Shown: positions 1 to 10,521 of the stretch, in pieces
Layout: each line of letters begins with the position of its first letter
Numbering within the stretch: position 1 is the stretch's first letter
IMG/VR virus record: IMGVR_UViG_3300032173_000004
Location: 1-64,000 of that record
Length of the DNA: 64,000 bases
DNA from: a virus
Strand: one strand, 5' to 3'
Notes under the pieces: model-generated
The model's database searches: none
What the model saw: only the letters and a program-made list of their open reading frames with translations
Told to the model about the DNA's origin: nothing
Translations under genes and position numbers: made by a program

Positions 1-2858
1 AAAAAACGGGCGATGCTGCTGCCACCTGTCAGTGTGTACAGGAGAAGAGCCCCTGTCTCATCGACCCAGGACACTTCCCCGTCTGTGAGGGACCAAACTC
101 GCCCGCTCCAATAGGCGAAGACCTTGGAGTCGTTTGCCCAGATGCCGTAAGTGGAAGAACTCACACCAGCTGGGGTTTCCCAAGTTGCACCAAATGGATC
201 AGCTAGAAGATCTGTGCGTCGGATATCCGTACTTGATCCACAAACGTATAACCATCGCCCCGTGCGAAAGAGGTAGTAGGGACCAATGGGGCATGTGATC
301 CATGTCCAGGACATGGTGTCCCAGAGAGCGATCTTGGTCCCCATGGATACTGCAAGGATGGTCCCGTTGTACCAGATCGCGTAGGCATCCCCGCTACCTG
401 AGTAAGCCGGAACGGTCAACGCCTCCCAGCGATTGCCACGGAAGATGCGAACCTCCCGCCCCATCGCCACAGCCACGCTTCGTGCGTCTGGCCCGCTAAG
501 GTTTGTCGGGCGCACGCTCCCGTAGGGGTTGAACGTCCAGCCGAGGGCATACGTGGTCCACTCCCCGGAGGCAGCGCGATGGTAGGAGAGGTTGTCCGAG
601 GATACCACCACCAGGCGGTCCTCGCGGTCCACGTAGGAAACGCGCTGCTTCAGGCCCGCGTAGACGTAGCGGTTGGGCTCCGGCACGTCCACCAGGCTCC
701 TGGACCCATCTGCGAGGGAGACTCGCTGTGCAGCCCGGAACCGCTGGAAGAGGTAGACAGCAGACCCAGAGACAGAGAGGGCGTCGAGGTCGTTCGGGAC
801 GGGCTTGAAGGGGTCGTCCCACAGCCCAGTGGAGCCACGACGCACCCGGGTAACCAGGTCCCGACCGGCGAAGGCGTGGTCCGTCCCGTCGTTGAGCAGG
901 AAGGCTGGGTAAGAGGTAGAGTCCAGCTCCACGTAGAACTGCTCTCTCTCCCCGTCCTGCGTCCAGGCAGCCCCGTCCCAGTGCCAGGTCGTTCCGTCGT
1001 AGCAGAGGATCAGAACGTCCGTGCTTGAGGCCACAGATACCTTGATCGGGCTCTGGATGTAGGCCGGGAGGTCGGAGAACGCCGACCCATTCCAGCGGCG
1101 CACCGTCCTTGCCCCGATGCACTCAACCCAGAGGTCCGTTGGGGACACACCATCTAGACCCCCCATCCCGTCCGTGTGGGCAGAGCTGGTCACCCACGCT
1201 CCGCCGTTGACCGAGGTGTGGAGGTAGCCGTTGGCGTCCCCCACCACCACGCTGAAGGTCCCGCCCGTCCCGGGCCACACCTTCAGGCCGTTGCACCAGT
1301 TCCCCGGGAAGGTCTGAACCGCGAAGGCGGGGTTGAGCTGATCCGGGTTCGCTGCATCTCCCCAGTGCGTCCCGTTGAAGAAGAAGAGGGCGTAGCGGCA
1401 GAGTACCCAGACGTGGGTGGCATCGAGCCCAAAGATCACATTCACCGGGCCAGAGGTCACCGGGGCGGTCAGCTCCCACGGATGGTCGTCCTCCGTCGTA
1501 CAGTTGATCCCCCACCGCCACTTCGAGCCTACTGGAGGAACGGAAGTCCCCGTGGAGCAGAGAAGACAGCGGCCCGGATAACTGCTACCAGCCTGTGCGG
1601 CGCAGAGCGCCAAACTCCCATCCGGGGACTCCCAGATCACCCCCAATGCGGCTGCACCCAAGAACCTCAACAGGCGACTCGGCCCGTTACCGTTGGGCTG
1701 AAGTGCTGAGCCACTCTTCTTCCAAATCGACTGTGAGTCTGATGTCAGCAGAATCGAGGCAACACTTCCACCAGATGCACAAGCTGACCCAACCGGAACG
1801 AATGATGCAAGATCAACGTCCAGCACAAACCCACCCTCGTCAAGCCGGAGTACGCGCTGGTTGTCATTGACCGCTAGAGTAGCATCTGAGAGCACCAAGA
1901 TCTGCCGATAGGTAGCAGACGCCGAACCAGAACCCCGTGGGATAACCCCAGAGAGAAGGTCCCAAGAAGCTCCGTTCCAACGCCGAGAAGCGTACCCGTA
2001 GTCCCCGGTCCAGATGCCGTTCTGCCCTCCGTAAACGTTGGCGCAGTCATCTCTGGTGCCAGCATTGACGTATCCGTCGTCACGGACTACCCAGGATCCC
2101 CCGGTGTACTCCGTAACCTGCGTGCTTGTCGGGCAGCTAATGCCAATTGAGTGGAAGTAGCATCCGCCCACCCAAACACCTGTAGCGGTGCAGGCTATCG
2201 ACCGGATCACAGTCATCATTCCGGGTGCCGCCGGAGGTGTGGTACCACCGATGTTTCCAATGCTGGTACTGTTGTAGTACCTGGGATCACTCCAGGAGCC
2301 ACCTCCCCACAAGTAATAGATTCCAACGCCCCCGGGCTGCGTTGCCATGGCCCAGACTGTGGTGGGGGGTGCCCCTGGAACTGGCCAAGGAAGGTGCGCT
2401 CCGAGCGAGAAGGTAGACCCATCCCACTTGTAGATTACACCCTGGCCTCTCTGGGCGTAGGGGCTTCTCTCTACCCCGCCGAGGTATACCTCCGAGGAGC
2501 CCAGCGCCTCCGCGCAATGGAGATAGGAGGGACTGATCAACCCGGCGATGGTCACGGCGAGAAACGCAGAGCCGTCCCAGTGGACAGCTAGGTCCGCTAC
2601 GTTCTCCCCAAAGACGAACCAGACGTCATCAACAGATACACCGCTTGCAGCCACCGCCCCCTTGAACTCCGGGTGAAGCCGCCACACCCCGGAGAGGCAG
2701 TGAAGCAGTCCGTTGGAGGTCCCAACCCAGAAGTTGTCCTTGTCCAGGCCCCAAACAAAGTAGGTAGTCCCTGGCCGATCCCATCCAGCCGACCGGAGGT
2801 CGGTCAGAGACGAACCACTCTTGACGTAGCGGCCGGTGATACTCAGGACGGAGGACAT
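1..2858 (-). CDS. Large beta-propeller-type protein (>950 aa, 3' end outside the window); probable receptor-binding or tail-associated protein
   Basis: Manually translated open frame from ATG at 2858 (TAATG overlap with the upstream stop) to the window edge with no stop: MSSVLSITGRYVKSG... Contains repeated blade motifs (VWGLDKDNFWVG, DDVWFV, HWDGSAF, YKWDGSTF, RRWNGASW, FFNGTHW, RRWNGSAF, WHWDGAAW). Absent from the ORF track because it has no stop in the window. Confidence 0.85.
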   Translation of the reverse strand, partial: MSSVLSITGRYVKSGSSLTDLRSAGWDRPGTTYFVWGLDKDNFWVGTSNGLLHCLSGVWRLHPEFKGAVAASGVSVDDVWFVFGENVADLAVHWDGSAFLAVTIAGLISPSYLHCAEALGSSEVYLGGVERSPYAQRGQGVIYKWDGSTFSLGAHLPWPVPGAPPTTVWAMATQPGGVGIYYLWGGGSWSDPRYYNSTSIGNIGGTTPPAAPGMMTVIRSIACTATGVWVGGCYFHSIGISCPTSTQVTEYTGGSWVVRDDGYVNAGTRDDCANVYGGQNGIWTGDYGYASRRWNGASWDLLSGVIPRGSGSASATYRQILVLSDATLAVNDNQRVLRLDEGGFVLDVDLASFVPVGSACASGGSVASILLTSDSQSIWKKSGSALQPNGNGPSRLLRFLGAAALGVIWESPDGSLALCAAQAGSSYPGRCLLCSTGTSVPPVGSKWRWGINCTTEDDHPWELTAPVTSGPVNVIFGLDATHVWVLCRYALFFFNGTHWGDAANPDQLNPAFAVQTFPGNWCNGLKVWPGTGGTFSVVVGDANGYLHTSVNGGAWVTSSAHTDGMGGLDGVSPTDLWVECIGARTVRRWNGSAFSDLPAYIQSPIKVSVASSTDVLILCYDGTTWHWDGAAWTQDGEREQFYVELDSTSYPAFLLNDGTDHAFAGRDLVTRVRRGSTGLWDDPFKPVPNDLDALSVSGSAVYLFQRFRAAQRVSLADGSRSLVDVPEPNRYVYAGLKQRVSYVDREDRLVVVSSDNLSYHRAASGEWTTYALGWTFNPYGSVRPTNLSGPDARSVAVAMGREVRIFRGNRWEALTVPAYSGSGDAYAIWYNGTILAVSMGTKIALWDTMSWTWITCPIGPYYLFRTGRWLYVCGSSTDIRRTDLLADPFGATWETPAGVSSSTYGIWANDSKVFAYWSGRVWSLTDGEVSWVDETGALLLYTLTGGSSIARF

Positions 2859-3295
2859 TAGATCACCCCCAAGATGCGAAGTGCCCGCACACGCGCCTGG
2901 TGCATCTCGCAGATGGTAGTGGTCCGCTTTGCGAGACAGCCGGGGAAGATACGACCGTTAGCATCCGCCACCGCCACGCACTGCTGGCCGTTCTCCCGGT
3001 CCACCGCAGGATCGCTCTGCCCATCCCCGTTGGTGGCTCGGCACTGGAGCACGATGGTCCCGGCCGCCACGTTGGTGGGCAAGGGCAGGGATGGGTTCTG
3101 GACCGAGGCCACTCCATCGATGAAGCTCCCCTGAACCCCAACCAGAAGCGCCTCCAGTCCCACCGGCACAGAGAGGATGGTCCAGCGCCAGGACGTGGGA
3201 GAGCCGGTAGCTACGGCAGTAAGGGCTGCCGTCTGAGCACCAGAGGCCCAGGTGTACTCGATGTCCGCGCCGCAAGTAACAGCCGGGATTGCCAT
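2858..3295 (-). CDS. Small PKD/Ig-like virion protein
   Basis: 145 aa; PTSWRWTILSVP and TIVLQCRATNGDGQS resemble PKD/Ig beta-strands; AGGAG RBS. Confidence 0.55.
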   Translation of the reverse strand: MAIPAVTCGADIEYTWASGAQTAALTAVATGSPTSWRWTILSVPVGLEALLVGVQGSFIDGVASVQNPSLPLPTNVAAGTIVLQCRATNGDGQSDPAVDRENGQQCVAVADANGRIFPGCLAKRTTTICEMHQARVRALRILGVI

Positions 3296-3324
3296 TGAGG
3301 ATCTCCTGCTAGTTCAAAACCAAT

Positions 3325-3933
3325 CTAAGCGGTGGGTGTGGTTCCATTGACGGGCTTGGGGTTCTGCAGGGTCTGCACACCCAGCCATCCTTCGACCTTC
3401 TTGGTCCACCACTCCTTGCCCTTGTCGGGGAGCTTGTACTCCTTCGCCTTCTCAGCCATGAAGTCCAAAGCCACCACAAGCTTCTCAGCACTGGCCAAGG
3501 GCTTCCCATTGAGCTTGAGGGCCTGGAGGCTCTTCTGTTCAGCGTAGCCAGCCCCACGCTCCAGGATGCTGTTCACCTTGGCCGAATAGTCCTCGAACCC
3601 GTACTTCTTCATCAACACTGTCACGAGAACTGTCGCCATGATACCAAGAAGGGAGAAGACCAGCTCCAGGCCGTAGCGAATCAGAACTTTCCACCACAGC
3701 ATCTCCTCAGTGGTTGTAGTAGAGGCAGTGACCGCAGTGGACGACGTTGATACTGGTGCGGGCTGAGAGACTGACGGGACCGCGACAGCGGTCGGTGCTG
3801 CTGCAGCTGGCTGGGTAGCCGGCGCGGGGGCCTTGACCTCGACCTTGGGGGCTGTGGCCTTGGTCTCCTGGGCGTAGGACATAGGAGCAAGGGCCAGAAT
3901 CAGGGAAACGAGCGAAAGCTTGAGGAACCTCAT
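3325..3933 (-). CDS. Membrane protein with signal peptide; C-terminal half resembles LL-H-type phage holin
   Basis: Signal peptide MRFLKLSLVSLILALAPMSYA, Ala/Pro/Thr linker, TM segment LVFSLLGIMATVLVTVLM, then AGYAEQ...AEKLVVALDF as in LL-H-like holins; AGGAG RBS. Confidence 0.5.
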   Translation of the reverse strand: MRFLKLSLVSLILALAPMSYAQETKATAPKVEVKAPAPATQPAAAAPTAVAVPSVSQPAPVSTSSTAVTASTTTTEEMLWWKVLIRYGLELVFSLLGIMATVLVTVLMKKYGFEDYSAKVNSILERGAGYAEQKSLQALKLNGKPLASAEKLVVALDFMAEKAKEYKLPDKGKEWWTKKVEGWLGVQTLQNPKPVNGTTPTA

Positions 3934-3947
3934 GGTGCTTCTCCTTT

Positions 3948-4124
3948 CTATCCTTCGTGAGTCGGAATGACCGGATTGGCGACGCTGTCATACTCGGTCT
4001 TGGTCAGCGTTTGTAACACAGCGCCGCTGTTCTTGTCGATGATCTTGACAGTGTTCTCATCCACCGTCTCGATGCGGATTCGATTCTCCAACCGATGCGG
4101 AACTACAGGCGGCCAGGCGTTCAT
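3948..4124 (-). CDS. 58-aa hypothetical protein, possible tailspike accessory
   Basis: Manual translation MNAWPPVVPHRLENRIRIETVDENTVKIIDKNSGAVLQTLTKTEYDSVANPVIPTHEG*, with TAGGAG RBS; fills the gap between neighbours and is below the track's length cut-off. Confidence 0.7.
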   Translation of the reverse strand: MNAWPPVVPHRLENRIRIETVDENTVKIIDKNSGAVLQTLTKTEYDSVANPVIPTHEG

Positions 4125-4133
4125 TGTGATCTC

Positions 4134-7100
4134 CTATGGGAAAACAGCCCCAACATCGTGGAATGAGTCAGCCGGGTTTCCTACAACTACTGTTCGGATC
4201 ATGTTGTCGCAGACAAGACCTTGTCCAACTACCGTATTTCCTGATCCGAAGGTCAGAATAGAAGCATTGGGCATGCCTCCTAGAACTACATTTCGATCAC
4301 AGATATTGTCGCTAACGATGTACACCACGTTGCTCGAATCGGAAAGGTTGACATTGCACGCCGAGTTGAGTGGGGATGCCACATCGATCGTGTAAAGATA
4401 GTTGCCTGTGATCGAAGTTTTCTGGCAAGCGATGACTATGATGTTATTCTTGGCAGCCGTCGAGGAGACGTTGTTTCCGCTGACAGTCACCCCATTGATC
4501 CCCTGTATCATGATCGAGTCATAGCTGCCAGTGTTCAGAGTGTTTCCTGTGATGGAAACGTTCTTCCTGGTGGTTGCCATGGCCAGAGCAACGATGATGC
4601 CGCCTCCTCCCGTGAGGGTATTTCCGGTGATCGCGATGTGATCGTAGTTTCCACCGGTCGCAGCGATGTACACACCGATATCCATGAAGTAGCCGGTATT
4701 TCCGCTAATGGTGACCGTGTTGACGGTGCCCGACGTACCAATCTCCACACCTCTCATAACACTGGAGAAGTTGCCCAAAAACGAGTTACCAGTGATGGTC
4801 ACGTTGGTCCACGATCCAGCAGTCTCCAGAGTGGCTATTCCAACGCCAGTTCCAGACGATGGGCCATAGATAGTGGTGCAGACGTTTCCTGTGACAGACA
4901 CGTTTATCGCGGTCAGCATATAGATGCCGACAGCCCAGCTCTGAAGACCGACGCCTCCGGTGACTGTGTTCACGGCGGTTAACGTATTGTTGCAGATCTT
5001 GCCATTGGTGAAACCAGTGACACCTAGGATCCCAAACCCACCCTTTCCGATCACGGTTTCGATTGTGTTATTGGATATCGTGCTGGTTCCTAGCGATGTG
5101 AAATAGATCGCCGCTGTGTTGGGCAGCTCGAATCCTGTAGCGCCAACCTTGCTGATCAGGTTGTTATTGATCGTGAACTCATAGTTGTTGCTTCCAAGAA
5201 TGCAGATCGCAGACCTCGGATTTCCGCTCACCGTGTTAGTAGTCGGCGGATTCAGCTCGTCGAACGTGTTGTCGCTGATGTTCACGTTGTTGCGCGAAGA
5301 ACGATCTCCGAACAATAAGCCGAGCTTGAAGTTGATCGCACCAGACGGAGAGTCCCGGAACTGGTTTCCGACGATCTCGATGTTCTTGTATGTTCCCACT
5401 GCCGCCGGCAGAGGATTGGAGAAGCACCCTCCTGTCTCCAGGTACCGGAAGTTGTTATCTCGAATGATCACGTTGGAAACTACCCGGGCCGCATCACCGG
5501 TGATGGCGAACAAGAACCCCATCGAGTTGTTGGTGGTGTAGTCCCCAGAGATCGTGTTTCCTTCGATCAAGTAGTCATTGATATCGCCGGAGGCTGAGGT
5601 CACCTTGATCGCCGAGTTGCCCAAAGCCGTCCCGGATGTCGTGACGAGATCGCATTTGGTGATCTTGACGTGGCTGCAATCCGTCAGATCGATCGTAGGC
5701 CAGCCAATCGGGTTGTTGTCGACGTAGCCGGAGATCTCCAGGTGGTTTACCGTGGAGCCTTGGAAGAAGGCCGTTCCGATGCTCGGTGGAATCAAGATGT
5801 CCGCGCCGATGCAGTCGATGAACTTGATGTTGTTTCCGCCAGTGGCACGTACGTGACACGGGATCAACCATCCCCAGAACATGCACTTGTTGAAGTGGAC
5901 AAGATTGGGATTGGTTCCCAGGTTGATGCTCTCGAAGTTCAACAGGGCCGTTGTGAATGTGCAGTTGTTGAACTTGGCATAGTTGAAAGCCTGAGTCGGT
6001 GCTCCGTTGATCCCGTCAATCAGAGAGCAGGTCAGAGACAGCATCGAGAAGTGGTTGAAGTCACACTCAGCGAAGTTGCCAGAGATCACCCCGTTGGTAC
6101 CGGAGACCTTGAACAGTGGGATCGCCGACATGGCGCCGCCGATGCCCCAGAACCACACTCGATGGAACACCGCGGTCGCAGGAAGGGCAGCATTCAGATA
6201 GAACGCAGCATCGGTCATGAGGACCGTGTCCATCATGAAGCCGCCGGGGTTCGACGTGTCGACCAGGATGCCAACGTTAGATGTTCCACCTTGGATGATG
6301 AGGTTGTTGATCGTCACCGACCCAGTAGTGGCAACATGAATCCGGCCACCGTCGACGATGATGGTGGTTCCGTTCTCACCTTCGAATGTCACTGACCCCG
6401 TGCTGGTCCAGTTGAAGTCTGCGGTCAGGTGGTACGAGCCTCTCTTGAGAATGATCTTGCCGCCAGCTGCTGGCAAGGCATCGTGGGCTGCTTGGAGAAC
6501 GGCCTGAGTTGCTCCGTTGAAGTCGCCCCACGAATTCACACCATCACCTACGGTAACTGCGGCGGTTCTGGCTCCCATGACGCCGCCGGCACGATCATAG
6601 TGGCGAGGCACTGTGGGGAAGTTGGCCAACAGACCAGGCGGAATCCTCCTCGCGGAGGTACCGGAGTCCCACGGATTGAGGGAACCCCACTTCAGCTCCT
6701 GAATCTGAGCTGCCAGGAAGTCCACATGGTCCTTGAGGCTCTCCAAGGACATGTCAGATCGACCCGTAGGAGAGCTGAGGGACCGGCTCAGAACGTCGCC
6801 GTGAACCTCGTCTCCCTGGTACATCGTGTCCCGCCAGTCATTCTGGGACGAGATGGTCTGACGATCTCGATAGTACCTTCCGTAGGAAGCACTGGTGACG
6901 TAGTCCGCAGTTCCAGTCCCCGTGGCCCTGATAATATCTCCCGGCTGGTGATCTCCAGTGAAGTTGATCACGGAGTGGGTCAGCAGACCAGTTTCGATGT
7001 CGACAGCCGACAGGGTGGCCAGCTCTTGAGTCGCACCTCCGGCTGTGACGAAGATATCTTGACCAGAAACAAAGAGAGACGCGTCCCGAACCACGGTCTG

Positions 7101-7742
7101 GGTGGTGGAAATCTGTCGCAGCAGAATCGATGCTGCCTTCTCTGTGGTCAAGCTGGGATTGCCAGTGGAGTTGATCTTTCCACTTCCGTCTGTGGCCAAC
7201 CTGATGAGCGGTATTCTCAGCGAGGACAGCGTGCCCACAACATCGCGCTCGAACATGGCTGAGGCACCAGTGCGGATCGGCGTCACGATCTGCCAATCCA
7301 TGGTCTTTCTAGTGGCCACGTTTGCGCTAAACTCCTCCCCGTCCGGTAGGGCGTCGCCGGAGACATCGGTTCCGTTCTCCACAGTGGGGTCCCAGAACGC
7401 TCTGGCATCGACGTCGCTGTTAGCTTCGACGAACTCGATCTCGAGCCAGTAGGTTGTGCCTGGGGCATCCAAGGTGACAGACTTGGTGACATCGAGCTGG
7501 TCCTCGTTGAAGACCATTCGTCCGTCATAGCGGAAGCTGGCCCCGCCATGAATCACGACACGGCCGGGATAGGTGTTCTGATCGGGAATCTCAACACGGA
7601 AACCGTGTATGATTCTCGACTGACGATCGAGGATGTTCTTCTTCGTCAGCAGGCTGTCAGACTCGCGAGCATAGCCAAACACGGCTCCGAAATCGACGAG
7701 ATCAACTCGCTCATTGGGACGCATCTGCGGAAACTTCGGCAT
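4134..7742 (-). CDS. Tail fibre/tailspike with parallel beta-helix (pectate-lyase-like), putative depolymerase
   Basis: 1202 aa; N-terminal baseplate-attachment region, then LQAAHDALPAAGGKIILKRGSY (typical beta-helix cap) and many NVxITGN/ISGN/ISNN repeats. Confidence 0.85.
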   Translation of the reverse strand: MPKFPQMRPNERVDLVDFGAVFGYARESDSLLTKKNILDRQSRIIHGFRVEIPDQNTYPGRVVIHGGASFRYDGRMVFNEDQLDVTKSVTLDAPGTTYWLEIEFVEANSDVDARAFWDPTVENGTDVSGDALPDGEEFSANVATRKTMDWQIVTPIRTGASAMFERDVVGTLSSLRIPLIRLATDGSGKINSTGNPSLTTEKAASILLRQISTTQTVVRDASLFVSGQDIFVTAGGATQELATLSAVDIETGLLTHSVINFTGDHQPGDIIRATGTGTADYVTSASYGRYYRDRQTISSQNDWRDTMYQGDEVHGDVLSRSLSSPTGRSDMSLESLKDHVDFLAAQIQELKWGSLNPWDSGTSARRIPPGLLANFPTVPRHYDRAGGVMGARTAAVTVGDGVNSWGDFNGATQAVLQAAHDALPAAGGKIILKRGSYHLTADFNWTSTGSVTFEGENGTTIIVDGGRIHVATTGSVTINNLIIQGGTSNVGILVDTSNPGGFMMDTVLMTDAAFYLNAALPATAVFHRVWFWGIGGAMSAIPLFKVSGTNGVISGNFAECDFNHFSMLSLTCSLIDGINGAPTQAFNYAKFNNCTFTTALLNFESINLGTNPNLVHFNKCMFWGWLIPCHVRATGGNNIKFIDCIGADILIPPSIGTAFFQGSTVNHLEISGYVDNNPIGWPTIDLTDCSHVKITKCDLVTTSGTALGNSAIKVTSASGDINDYLIEGNTISGDYTTNNSMGFLFAITGDAARVVSNVIIRDNNFRYLETGGCFSNPLPAAVGTYKNIEIVGNQFRDSPSGAINFKLGLLFGDRSSRNNVNISDNTFDELNPPTTNTVSGNPRSAICILGSNNYEFTINNNLISKVGATGFELPNTAAIYFTSLGTSTISNNTIETVIGKGGFGILGVTGFTNGKICNNTLTAVNTVTGGVGLQSWAVGIYMLTAINVSVTGNVCTTIYGPSSGTGVGIATLETAGSWTNVTITGNSFLGNFSSVMRGVEIGTSGTVNTVTISGNTGYFMDIGVYIAATGGNYDHIAITGNTLTGGGGIIVALAMATTRKNVSITGNTLNTGSYDSIMIQGINGVTVSGNNVSSTAAKNNIIVIACQKTSITGNYLYTIDVASPLNSACNVNLSDSSNVVYIVSDNICDRNVVLGGMPNASILTFGSGNTVVGQGLVCDNMIRTVVVGNPADSFHDVGAVFP

Positions 7743-7752
7743 GAACGTTCTC

Positions 7753-10521
7753 CTAGGTGTCGCTGATCACTTCGATCTCGACGCCAGCTGCTCTTCCTCG
7801 ATCGAAGATGTAGTTGATCCTGTCCGCCCACGAGGACGGGAGGTAAAAAGGATAGTCAAAGCCGTCATGACCGGGAAGACTCTCGACGGCTGACAGAACG
7901 ATGTTGGACCCGCTAAGGTGCGGCTCGCTGAGAGCCACCCCGTCTCCATCCTCAAACACGATTCTATCGGGGCTCGTCTCGACAGTTGTGAAATCGATCC
8001 GTTCCTCAGAGCCGGGGTAGTATCTGACCCAGGCTCCCTTGGGGTGAGCATACTTCAGCGCTGGACTGAAAGTCAGAACCTCGGTGCCGGTGTTGTTGTT
8101 TGACACCTGGCGCAGCTCACTAACGTTGGTATCTGGGTCGATCTCGACGAAGTAGGGATAGCTGGTCGGAAAGCTGTCAGACGAACGAAGAGTCACTGAG
8201 GTGACTCCGGCGCTGATGTCAGCTGCCAGCTGATTGGACGTTGGAACCCTGGCATCACCGCTGTTGATCAGCATGATGCCTCCGTTGGCTGGAACGCCAG
8301 ACAGAGAAGCAACCTGGATCGACGTTCTCATCTCTTCTACAAGAACCCAGCGATCCGTGTTGTTGTACTTGGACGGAATCAACAGCTTTCGATCTGAAAA
8401 CGGAATCTTTCCCTCTTGGGAGTACTGAAGCTTCTTTCCCAGCGAGATGACATCTGCCACCAGACGGCACGTAGCTCCGAGCAGGTGATTCTGAGTCAGA
8501 GCCTCTTCCAGGTAGACCACACCACCTGTGATCAACCGAACGATGACGATCTCTGCCGCAAGAGACCCTTCGTCGATGAGAAGTCTGTAGCCGTAAGAGG
8601 AGCCAGCACCTGGGTGCGGAAGCTTGTTGGCGTCCGGTGTCGACATAGTGATCTGCATATCACCAATCGAGCCAGCCAACGTCAGCGCCAACCCAGTGGC
8701 ATTGTACCACAACGTGACAGCACTAGTGTCGATGGTCTCACTTGATCCAAACCCGAACCCGATTCGGATACTGAAAAGACCTGTCGACTCGAACAGCTCT
8801 GCGTGCTGAACCTCGAGGGACCCTCGGTTGGCAATCTGTGACTGCAGAAGATAGACCGGCCCGGCCAGGTTCTCTGTGATCGTAGTACGAACCGTGGAGC
8901 TGGGAGCCCTCTCACCTAGCTGAAAGGTGTAGTGACCTTGAAACCGGTACGAGTTGGCCGGAGACACCCGGGGATCGCCGATCGCCAGAGAAGTCCCCGG
9001 GTAGGCGTCCACATAAAGCGCCACAGACTGGCCTGAGGCGTGCGGACTGGTCAACCCACGAGTCAGCCACATCGTGTTCATCTCGGCAACCTCGACAGCG
9101 TCTCCTGCCAGGTGATTCTGCGTGGCCGCCAAGGCGAACGTGACATAGTTTGTCACCGGATCGACGGACTTCCAGACTAGGGTCTCCTGTCTCACAGTTC
9201 CGCGGCTCAGGATCAGGCTCTTGCCGGCAACACCTGCCGCTTCTAGCAACGGTGTCACATCAGCCACGAACGTACCTGAGATACCAATCGCCAGCACCGT
9301 GGCTCCAGACCGCCCCACCAGGCTCGTCGAGAAACGATCGATCCTGTTATAACCGATCTTCTCTGAGCTGTTGATGATGACAGCGCCAGCTGATGGGAAG
9401 CCAGAGGCATCAGCAACGTAGAGCCTCGTGTCACCGATGGAGGCCGAGGTTCCCACCGTAGTGGACGGAGCCGTCACAACATCATGAAGGTAGGAAGCGT
9501 CCAGCAACCGGTTCTTGGAAATCTCCGGTGGGATGTAGATCTGCATCTTTCTCGGAATGGTCTGAAAGATCTTCCAGCCAACCCCCTTGACCTGAAGCTG
9601 CCCCAGCTGAACCACCGTCGTCGGCCTCATCAAAGTGACGCTAGCTCCACCAGAACCAGTAGTATAGGTCAAACTGATCTTGTTTTTTAGGTACAAGGTG
9701 CTGTTCGCGACATCGTTAAGGTAGAACTCAACAATCTCGGCAAGACCCAGAGCCCCAGGTTCCTTGACCTTGATCACGCCAGACTTCGGAAAGTTGGCTG
9801 TGCTTTCCAGGATGATCGTGGTGCCACCGCCTGCATTCCTCTCCAGCTCCGACACCACCGGAGTCGGCTTGAGCCCAGAGTGGTCCTTGGTCAAAGCCGA
9901 CACTGTGAGAGGGCTAGAGGGCGTCGAATGGGCTGTGAGCTGGACAACCTCTTCGTCATCCTGGCCTGGATTGATCAGCAGGGTGTGTGGAAACCCTGAC
10001 GTAGGGAACTTCGTGGCGCTGACAAGAGTCAGCGCGGTTGCGCCTGCTGAAACATCAGATAGAAGGGCTCCATCCGCGTTGTCATCCACCGCGGTGAGAG
10101 CGCTGGTCAGAGCGGTCTCGAGCCACATCTGTCCGCTCAGCGGATCAAGAAACATGTACTTGATGGATTGGACTGACACCAAACCCTCGTTGATCACCAC
10201 GGTTCCGCACTGTGGAAGACGACCTGGGTCCGTGACGTAAATCGACTCATCCCCCAAAGCAGCGTCAACTGACATCACTGATGACACAGTGATCCGTGGA
10301 CCAAGGATCACCGACAGAAGGTCTTCGAACAAGTTCCGAATCTGCCGATAGTCCAGTGCCAAACGACGCGCCACGGCCCTCCACACGGCGTCATTGTGAA
10401 AGCCAAAGACCGGTCTCTCGAGGCCGATGTTGGACGAGACGTGAGACAGATACTCGCCGACTGCTCTATTCAAGAACAGTTGATCTTTGGCCTCTCGAAT
10501 GGCCGAGCGCTGAGTCGTCAT
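7753..10521 (-). CDS. Baseplate wedge protein with multiple inserted repeat domains
   Basis: 922 aa; follows baseplate J; N-terminal AVGEYLSHVSSNIGLERP and C-terminal RAAGVEIEV typical of P2 gpI/T4 gp7-like wedge proteins. Confidence 0.7.
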   Translation of the reverse strand: MTTQRSAIREAKDQLFLNRAVGEYLSHVSSNIGLERPVFGFHNDAVWRAVARRLALDYRQIRNLFEDLLSVILGPRITVSSVMSVDAALGDESIYVTDPGRLPQCGTVVINEGLVSVQSIKYMFLDPLSGQMWLETALTSALTAVDDNADGALLSDVSAGATALTLVSATKFPTSGFPHTLLINPGQDDEEVVQLTAHSTPSSPLTVSALTKDHSGLKPTPVVSELERNAGGGTTIILESTANFPKSGVIKVKEPGALGLAEIVEFYLNDVANSTLYLKNKISLTYTTGSGGASVTLMRPTTVVQLGQLQVKGVGWKIFQTIPRKMQIYIPPEISKNRLLDASYLHDVVTAPSTTVGTSASIGDTRLYVADASGFPSAGAVIINSSEKIGYNRIDRFSTSLVGRSGATVLAIGISGTFVADVTPLLEAAGVAGKSLILSRGTVRQETLVWKSVDPVTNYVTFALAATQNHLAGDAVEVAEMNTMWLTRGLTSPHASGQSVALYVDAYPGTSLAIGDPRVSPANSYRFQGHYTFQLGERAPSSTVRTTITENLAGPVYLLQSQIANRGSLEVQHAELFESTGLFSIRIGFGFGSSETIDTSAVTLWYNATGLALTLAGSIGDMQITMSTPDANKLPHPGAGSSYGYRLLIDEGSLAAEIVIVRLITGGVVYLEEALTQNHLLGATCRLVADVISLGKKLQYSQEGKIPFSDRKLLIPSKYNNTDRWVLVEEMRTSIQVASLSGVPANGGIMLINSGDARVPTSNQLAADISAGVTSVTLRSSDSFPTSYPYFVEIDPDTNVSELRQVSNNNTGTEVLTFSPALKYAHPKGAWVRYYPGSEERIDFTTVETSPDRIVFEDGDGVALSEPHLSGSNIVLSAVESLPGHDGFDYPFYLPSSWADRINYIFDRGRAAGVEIEVISDT

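Noticed and set aside
203-2861. Many short ORFs suggesting a pseudogene or stop-codon recoding
   Set aside because: A single uninterrupted minus-strand frame covers the region; the short ORFs are off-frame shadows
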